Under the pieces are notes generated by a model that was given only the letters and a program-made list of their open reading frames with translations, ran no database searches and was not told where the DNA came from. Shown here piece by piece: positions 1-5,048 of a DNA stretch of 64,000 bases. The position numbers were made by a program, and so were the translations under genes. Every line of letters begins with the position of its first letter. The first letter of the stretch is position 1. The DNA comes from a virus (taxonomy: Duplodnaviria > Caudoviricetes), in the IMG/VR virus record IMGVR_UViG_3300037492_000170, positions 32,001 to 96,000 of that record, one strand, 5' to 3'.

Positions 1-2
1 TA

Positions 3-347
3 ACTATTAAGCAGTTCAAAGATTTTAGTATGGCATGGGTCCAAGTGAGTGATGCTATATTTATGATAACCGGGTGGGAGAATTCAAAAGGTGCCATAGC
101 AGAAAAGGAAGAAGCAGAACGCCTGGGCATCCCAGTGTTTTATGATCTAGGTAGTTTAATAGCATGGGGAAAACCTAAAACTTGTCATGAGTGCAACGAT
201 TCGACAAACCTTCGAGAATGTGATAAAGGAAGATGGTTAGATGAGAATACCCTTTGTTACTGTAACCTTATTCACCAAGCAGTATCAAAGGAGGATTTTT
301 GTTCGTCTTGGAGGTCTAATGATAAAACGAATGCCCATGATATTTAA
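3..347 (+). CDS. DUF4406/nucleoside 2-deoxyribosyltransferase-like protein with Cys-rich C-terminus (5' truncated)
   Basis: Motif DAIFMITGWENSKGAIAEKEEAERLGIPV is typical of this family; the frame is open to the window start; CxxC motif in the C-terminal part. Confidence 0.65.
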   Translation, partial: TIKQFKDFSMAWVQVSDAIFMITGWENSKGAIAEKEEAERLGIPVFYDLGSLIAWGKPKTCHECNDSTNLRECDKGRWLDENTLCYCNLIHQAVSKEDFCSSWRSNDKTNAHDI

Positions 348-528
348 GGGGGGTGTAGTATGGATAGACCTGAAAGAAGAGGGCGATCTTTTCATAGGAG
401 AGTGTAAGGAACTTGGTTTGCAAGTAGAGGCACATCTTGAGAGCGGAGCCATAAAGAAGATGCGAGGTCTGTTAGAGTTTCATGGATTAGGTTACGATGA
501 ATGTTTTGAAAGAGGTGGCAATGAATGA
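319..528 (+). CDS. small protein, possibly HicB-like N-terminal fold
   Basis: GGAGG at 310-314 before ATG 319; EEGDLFIGECKELGLQVEAHLESGAIKKMR resembles the HicB beta-beta-beta-alpha pattern. Confidence 0.4.
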   Translation: MIKRMPMIFKGGVVWIDLKEEGDLFIGECKELGLQVEAHLESGAIKKMRGLLEFHGLGYDECFERGGNE

Positions 529-727
529 GTTTGAGGCTGAGAATTTCAATGTAAAGATAGACCGCGCATATTTAGCCGGGATACTGAAAGGTGTATCTAC
601 ATGTAAAATGATGTATGCTAGTTCTCCTAAGAAGGATGAACTTCAACCGGCATTTGATTCACTTATCGAGTACGTTAAAGCTGACCTAGCAATGAGCTTT
701 CCGAATAGTGAGATACCGCGTGCATAA
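521..727 (+). CDS. hypothetical protein
   Basis: GAGGTGG RBS before ATG 521; overlaps both neighbouring genes. Confidence 0.6.
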   Translation: MNEFEAENFNVKIDRAYLAGILKGVSTCKMMYASSPKKDELQPAFDSLIEYVKADLAMSFPNSEIPRA

Positions 728-1283
728 TCTAGCAAATCATATTAAAATGTACCCGCACTCAGCAATCATGGAAAAAGAAGGTAGGCTTTATGGGCAGTGG
801 ATAATAGGAAACAACTACCGGGCTACACAACCATATCATGGTTCCTACCCTCCATCATATGTGGAGCGCGTTAAATCTTTATTCCCAGACAATAAAAAGA
901 TACTACATCTATACTCTGGGATGGTCCAACCAGCAGAAGGAGAACAGACATTCGATATAAACCCTGCTTTAAACCCCACAAAATGTGGTAAAGCTGAGGA
1001 GTTATCTGATTATTTTTCTGAAAACGCTTTCAGTTTAGTCTTGGCAGACCCGCCATATACTCCAGCAGACGCTGCTAAATATGGTGCCAAGATGCCTATC
1101 ACGTACAGAGTTATGTCCGAGCTGTATAAAATCGTGGAGGTGGGGGGCGTAGTCGTGTGGCTTTGTACTAGAATACCACTTTGGAAAAAGATTGAGTGGA
1201 AATTGCTGGGAGTAATAGGGCTCTTTTGTGGCACTAATAGGGTGTATCGTGCTGTTGTTCTACTTCAAAAAATTAATGCTTGA
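708..1283 (+). CDS. putative amino (N6-adenine/N4-cytosine) methyltransferase
   Basis: ILHLYSG motif-I-like segment, DINP, and catalytic LVLADPPY motif. Confidence 0.7.
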   Translation: MRYRVHNLANHIKMYPHSAIMEKEGRLYGQWIIGNNYRATQPYHGSYPPSYVERVKSLFPDNKKILHLYSGMVQPAEGEQTFDINPALNPTKCGKAEELSDYFSENAFSLVLADPPYTPADAAKYGAKMPITYRVMSELYKIVEVGGVVVWLCTRIPLWKKIEWKLLGVIGLFCGTNRVYRAVVLLQKINA

Positions 1284-1307
1284 CAAAAAATTCTAAAATG
1301 GTATAAT
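1280..1307 (+). promoter_or_regulatory. sigma70-type promoter of the Y RNA/tRNA/ro60 operon
   Basis: TTGACA (1280-1285), 16-nt spacer with extended TG, TATAAT (1302-1307). Confidence 0.85.
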
Positions 1308-1336
1308 ACCCCCTAGTTTGGAAGCAGATAATTTTC

Positions 1337-1470
1337 GGGAGCGTCGGAGATGACACTTACTTCTCATGCTAAGAGAGAGAGAGACCTTGGTGCAAATCCA
1401 AGCGGGTATGCTTGCATATCTGTGGGCAAGTAGCAAGCCGCGTTGTCAGTGTCTTCGCTTCTTACCTCCC
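1337..1470 (+). ncRNA. Y RNA-like element Y1 (YrlA-like, circularly permuted tRNA cargo)
   Basis: GGGAG/CTCCC and GACACT/AGTGTC stems, CGTCG and TACTTC boxes; inside: anticodon-like arm, T arm CTTGG-TGCAAAT-CCAAG, loop-closed acceptor stem, D arm; upstream of ro60. Confidence 0.8.
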
Positions 1471-1484
1471 AACTTGTTTATTAC

Positions 1485-1551
1485 CAGTGGCGACGAATGA
1501 TAAGGATACTTCATGCTAAGAAAAACTCCCTATCAGTAAACTATCCCACTG
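1485..1551 (+). ncRNA. Y RNA-like element Y2
   Basis: CAGTGG/CCACTG and TGATAAGGA/TCCCTATCA stems; GACGAATG fits the bacterial Y RNA GNCGAAN(0-1)G motif; TACTTC box. Confidence 0.75.
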
Positions 1552-1561
1552 ATTATTATAA

Positions 1562-1629
1562 ACGAGCGGCGTTAGTGAGGATTACTTCATCTGAATTGAA
1601 AAAAACATCTTCACTGTTCCTTCCCTCGT
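1562..1629 (+). ncRNA. Y RNA-like element Y3
   Basis: ACGAG/CTCGT and AGTGAGGAT/ATCTTCACT stems; CGGCG and TACTTC boxes. Confidence 0.75.
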
Positions 1630-1644
1630 ATCATCTCTAGGTAG

Positions 1645-1756
1645 ACGTGCGGCGGCTGTATCAGGTACTTCGTGTAACTGGTTAAACACTCTTCCTAATC
1701 GGGAGACTTTCTGGGTTCAAATCCCAGAGTACCCCTGATACAAATATTACCCACGT
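1645..1756 (+). ncRNA. Y RNA-like element Y4 with embedded tRNA cloverleaf
   Basis: ACGTG/CACGT and TGTATCAGG/CCTGATACA stems; CGGCG and TACTTC boxes; enclosed D arm, anticodon arm and T arm (CTGGG-TTCAAAT-CCCAG). Confidence 0.8.
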
Positions 1757-1768
1757 TACTAAAATATA

Positions 1769-1828
1769 TCCTTGTGCCCGGATTAATTTTCCACCGAGCA
1801 ATAAGCTCAACAGCACAGGGAGTTTTTT
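1769..1828 (+). ncRNA. small three-way-junction RNA or terminator-like element
   Basis: TCCTTGTGC/GCACAGGGA closing stem, two inner hairpins, followed by T6. Confidence 0.4.
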
Positions 1829-1841
1829 AATGGGTGATTAA

Positions 1842-2012
1842 ATGACAAAAGATGAAACCATAAAACGTCTTTCTTCGTCTCTTTATGACGCAGCCTCTAA
1901 CCGCCAAGAAGATAAATCCCCAGAAGCAGTATTGAAAACTGTCTCACAGTGGTTAGAAGAATTACCTACTGAGATGGAAAAGCTATTGAAAGAGAAAGAA
2001 TCGGCTGGTTAG
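1842..2012 (+). CDS. small hypothetical protein (56 aa) inside the RNA operon
   Basis: GGGTGA RBS-like sequence, ATG 1842 to TAG 2012 (MTKDETIKRLSSSLYDAA...); the last codons overlap tRNA-Asp. Confidence 0.55.
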   Translation: MTKDETIKRLSSSLYDAASNRQEDKSPEAVLKTVSQWLEELPTEMEKLLKEKESAG

Positions 2013-2076
2013 TGTAGAGGTAACACATTGGATTGTCTATCCAATTTCAAGGGTTCAATTCCCTTACCAGTCGCCA
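2003..2076 (+). tRNA. trnD: tRNA-Asp(GTC)
   Basis: GGCTGGT/ACCAGTC acceptor, TTGGA-TTGTCTA-TCCAA anticodon arm, G73, encoded CCA. Confidence 0.92.
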
Positions 2077-2081
2077 AGTAT

Positions 2082-2156
2082 TGCGGGATAGTTCAGTAGA
2101 AGAACGCGTGGCTCATACCCACGAAGTCGAGAGTGCAATTCTCTCTCCCGCGACCA
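2082..2156 (+). tRNA. trnM: tRNA-Met(CAT), initiator-like
   Basis: TGCGGGA/TCCCGCG acceptor (weak 1:72 pair), CGTGG-CTCATAC-CCACG arm, CCA. Confidence 0.85.
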
Positions 2157-2258
2157 GTGGTGAAAGGGTGAATGCGTAACATATTGTTATTAGCCTCATC
2201 CAACCAGGGGATGGCACTTCGATTACGAATACAGTCATCCCCACTTATTTAAAAATAC

Positions 2259-2344
2259 GGAGGGGTGGGCGAGTGGTTGATGCCAACGGTCCTGAACACC
2301 GTAGGTCGAAAGACCCGTAGGTTCGAATCCTACTCCCTCTTCCA
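2259..2344 (+). tRNA. trnS: tRNA-Ser(TGA)
   Basis: ACGGT-CCTGAAC-ACCGT arm, long variable arm, GTTCGAATCC T arm, CCA; has C33 and U73. Confidence 0.85.
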
Positions 2345-2351
2345 TTAATAT

Positions 2352-2427
2352 GCCGGTGTAGCTCAATTGGCAGAGCAACTGACCTGTAATCAGTTTGTTG
2401 GGGGTTCGATTCCTCCTACCGGCTCCA
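2352..2427 (+). tRNA. trnT: tRNA-Thr(TGT)
   Basis: GCCGGTG/TACCGGC acceptor, ACTGA-CCTGTAA-TCAGT arm (C33), CCA. Confidence 0.88.
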
Positions 2428-2433
2428 GTGAAT

Positions 2434-2519
2434 GCAGGAGTGGAGGAATGGCATACTCAACGGACTTAAAATCCGTTGCCAGAAATGGATTGAGGGTTCG
2501 ACTCCCTCCTCCTGTACCA
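2434..2519 (+). tRNA. trnL: tRNA-Leu(TAA)
   Basis: ACGGA-CTTAAAA-TCCGT arm, long variable arm, A73, CCA. Confidence 0.92.
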
Positions 2520-2525
2520 GTATAC

Positions 2526-2603
2526 GGGGGTGTCGCTCAAATAGGTAGAAGCGCCTGGTTTAGAGCCAGTTCAGTAAAAGTTCGAATCTTTTCACCCCTA
2601 CCA
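2526..2603 (+). tRNA. tRNA with TAG anticodon (nominally Leu) on a short-variable-loop, Pro-like body
   Basis: GGGGGTG/CACCCCT acceptor, CTGG-TTTAGAG-CCAG arm, AAAAG-TTCGAAT-CTTTT T arm, CCA. Confidence 0.75.
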
Positions 2604-2609
2604 ATCAAT

Positions 2610-2687
2610 TCCCTGGTAGCTCAGTTGGTAGTAGCGTGTGACTGTTAATCACAAGGTTCGCAGGTTCGAGACCTGCCCAGGGAGCCA
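2610..2687 (+). tRNA. trnN: tRNA-Asn(GTT)
   Basis: TCCCTGG/CCAGGGA acceptor, TGTGA-CTGTTAA-TCACA arm, G73, CCA. Confidence 0.93.
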
Positions 2688-2694
2688 ATAAACG

Positions 2695-2779
2695 GGGGAA
2701 GCTGTAGAGATAGAGAGCTACGCTAGTCTGTAAAACTAGTCCTTCGGGTGAGCAGGGGCGGTACCTGCCTTCCCCACCA
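2695..2779 (+). tRNA. trnY: tRNA-Tyr(GTA), non-canonical D and T loops
   Basis: GGGGAAG/CTTCCCC acceptor, CTAGT-CTGTAAA-ACTAG arm, variable arm, T loop GGCGGTA, CCA. Confidence 0.85.
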
Positions 2780-2800
2780 GAATGGCTGAATAAGCCTAAA

Positions 2801-2871
2801 GCGGAGCGGCGGAGACTAGAGATACTTCAAACTGTTACTTTGACCAAACTCTAGTCAACACTACCCTCCAC
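2801..2871 (+). ncRNA. Y RNA-like element Y5, directly upstream of ro60
   Basis: GGAG/CTCC and GACTAGAG/CTCTAGTC stems; CGGCG, TACTTC and CTACC boxes; inner TCAAA-CTGTTAC-TTTGA hairpin. Confidence 0.78.
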
Positions 2872-2907
2872 ATCCTTTAATTCCACCAACACATATGGGA
2901 GGCGAAC

Positions 2908-4470
2908 ATGTCAAGATTCAATCAAAAAGCTGTTAATCCGAGGGATACAATCAACCATGAGGGTGCAAAAGCTTATGGTATGTTGAATCCAGAAATGGAG
3001 CTGTACGCCAGGACCGCTAGTTATCTGGCACAGGACACCAACTACTGCAAGGTTGCTGATGCAAATGCGCGCATCAAGGAACTTGTTGGCATCTGCGATA
3101 AGAACTTTGTTGGTAGACTTGCAGGGTACTTGAGACATCAGATGTATCTCAGGTCCACACCCATCTTGTTACTGACTTATCTTGCACAGTGCGGGAAGCT
3201 GGAAGCGTGGATGGTGCAAGATGTCATCTCTAGGGCTGACGAGATTAAAGAGTTGCTTGCAGCATGGCAGCAAGAGACTGGCAGAAGGGACCTAAAGAAG
3301 CTTCCGAAGGCTATGCAGAATGGTATTGCAAAAGCATTCGGTAAGTTTAACGCGTTCCAGTTCAGGAAGTACAACAAGCAGGGCAGAGAGGAAATCACAT
3401 TCCTCGATGCTATGCGTATCACCCATCCGAAGCCCATGAATGAGGAGCAGAATACCACTTATAAGGCTATTAAAGAGGGTAATCTCCCACCGATTGAAAC
3501 ATGGGAAACCGTGCTATCATCTGGTATGAATAAGAGAGAAGCGTGGGAGCTACTTATCAAGGGGCACAAGCTTCCCTACATGGCACTTCTACGTAACCTG
3601 GTTAACATCTCTAAAGCCGATGTTGATAATGTCTACATAGATATGGTTGTTAATCAACTCACCAACAAGGATGAGATTCTCAGGTCTAAGCAGTTCCCGT
3701 TCAGATGGACTGCTGCTCACGACCAGCTAGAGCTTATGGGAGGAAACCAATTCATTACCACCGCATTCCAGCGCGCACTTGAAGAGGCTCTGAAGACTTC
3801 AGTACAGAACATTGCTGGGCTTAACTTGAAACAGAACACTATAATAGCTTGTGATGTGTCAGGGTCCATGCGTAATCCACTCAGCGTTAAGTCTAAAATT
3901 CAGCTTGTAGATGTGGGTTTGCTTATGGGTAAGTTAATTAGCGCGCATAATCCCAGGTCTTTGTATGGTGTGTTTGGTGACATCTGGATGCCTGTACATA
4001 GTGGCTCCTCTGTTCTAGAGAAAGCTTACTATGACCCCCACCAGATAGGGTTCTCCACACAGGGGCATAAGGTTATTGATTGGGCTGCAGATAACAACAT
4101 AAAGGCAGAGGTGTTCATGTTCTTCTCAGACATGGAAATTTATTCCCTTTCTGATAAGGACTTCTTTCGTAGTACCTCTAGATTGTATCTACCCATTACT
4201 AACACAGTTACTTGGGATGAAAGGAGAGCATCATTTAGAAAATCATGGAACAATTATAAGAAGCTTATGCCTAACGCTAAGTGTTACTTGTTTGATTTAT
4301 CTTCTTATGGCAGCACACCAGTTGATGTTCAGCGTGATGATGTTATCTTCTCTTCTGGTTTTTCTGAGAAGATATTTGAAGTGCTGGATGGTACTGGAAA
4401 CTGGAACGAAACACGAACTAAAATAATGATGGGAGCTAGTAAAGTAAGGGAGGAGGAAATGGCAGCATGA
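2908..4470 (+). CDS. rsr: Ro60/Rsr RNA-binding protein (TROVE + vWA)
   Basis: TINHEGAKAY start, YLRHQMYLRS, LPYMALLRNL, QFPFR TROVE motifs and vWA MIDAS DVSGSM; GGGAGG RBS. Confidence 0.95.
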   Translation: MSRFNQKAVNPRDTINHEGAKAYGMLNPEMELYARTASYLAQDTNYCKVADANARIKELVGICDKNFVGRLAGYLRHQMYLRSTPILLLTYLAQCGKLEAWMVQDVISRADEIKELLAAWQQETGRRDLKKLPKAMQNGIAKAFGKFNAFQFRKYNKQGREEITFLDAMRITHPKPMNEEQNTTYKAIKEGNLPPIETWETVLSSGMNKREAWELLIKGHKLPYMALLRNLVNISKADVDNVYIDMVVNQLTNKDEILRSKQFPFRWTAAHDQLELMGGNQFITTAFQRALEEALKTSVQNIAGLNLKQNTIIACDVSGSMRNPLSVKSKIQLVDVGLLMGKLISAHNPRSLYGVFGDIWMPVHSGSSVLEKAYYDPHQIGFSTQGHKVIDWAADNNIKAEVFMFFSDMEIYSLSDKDFFRSTSRLYLPITNTVTWDERRASFRKSWNNYKKLMPNAKCYLFDLSSYGSTPVDVQRDDVIFSSGFSEKIFEVLDGTGNWNETRTKIMMGASKVREEEMAA

Positions 4471-4712
4471 GTAAATTACTAATTATTATCCTAGTGTTAT
4501 TTGGAGCAGCTCAAAGTTGGGCACAAAGCAAGGATGTTAGGAACAGCAGCGGTGAGCTAGTTCAGGTATGGCGGCAACAGGGTAATCAGACTGATGTAAG
4601 AAGCGGAGATAACGAACTGTTGTATACACGTAACAGACAGGGTAACACTGTTACTATACGAAGCGCATCAGGAGAGGAAGAAGGGAGCGAGTACTACGAT
4701 GACAGGGATTAA
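4467..4712 (+). CDS. small exported protein with short beta repeats
   Basis: Signal-peptide-like N-terminus; three DVR/TIR-xxxGE-type repeats; ATGA overlap with ro60. Confidence 0.65.
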   Translation: MSKLLIIILVLFGAAQSWAQSKDVRNSSGELVQVWRQQGNQTDVRSGDNELLYTRNRQGNTVTIRSASGEEEGSEYYDDRD

Positions 4713-5016
4713 AATTCCATTGGAGATTAGTGACCTTAATACATTATTGGATTTAATAAATAGGAAGCCGGGTAAGACGAGAACCACCGACCACGGTGTT
4801 GGCGTACATGGGAGCATATTCATGGAGAATAAGAAGATAGACAGAAGAGTAGAAGCAGGACCACCGATAAATATCATAACGATGAGACTAACCGAGAGTG
4901 AACTTTATACTCTACGCTGGGCTTTGCAGACTGCCATTACGCAGTCTAGGGAGGGTGACTTCAATCCTAAGACAACTAAGGTAATTGAGAAGATTCTTAA
5001 AGGATTGGGTGACTAA
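4699..5016 (+). CDS. hypothetical protein
   Basis: ORF overlapping the upstream gene and ending at a terminator. Confidence 0.6.
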   Translation: MTGIKIPLEISDLNTLLDLINRKPGKTRTTDHGVGVHGSIFMENKKIDRRVEAGPPINIITMRLTESELYTLRWALQTAITQSREGDFNPKTTKVIEKILKGLGD

Positions 5017-5048
5017 AAGAGAAAGCCCCCAGATGGGGGCTTTTTTTT
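5017..5048. terminator. bidirectional intrinsic terminator
   Basis: AAAGCCCCC-AGAT-GGGGGCTTT hairpin with T8 on + and an A-rich flank; lies between convergent genes. Confidence 0.85.

Noticed and set aside
1443-1640. 65-aa ORF from the track
   Set aside because: TTG start without an RBS and overlaps three structured Y RNA-like elements.
1337-1756. Y elements as a CRISPR array
   Set aside because: No identical direct repeats with regular spacers; only short boxes are conserved, the stems co-vary, and no cas gene is present.
2207-2244. tmRNA (GGGGATG...TTCGA start)
   Set aside because: The stem closes after ~36 nt; there is no tag ORF, pseudoknot region or 3' T arm.
2526-2603. Suppressor tRNA or stop-codon recoding
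   Set aside because: Anticodon TAG reads CUA, not a stop; long genes are intact in the standard code and TAG, TGA and TAA all end genes.
2367-2648. 93-aa ORF from the track
   Set aside because: Runs through four tRNA genes; spurious.
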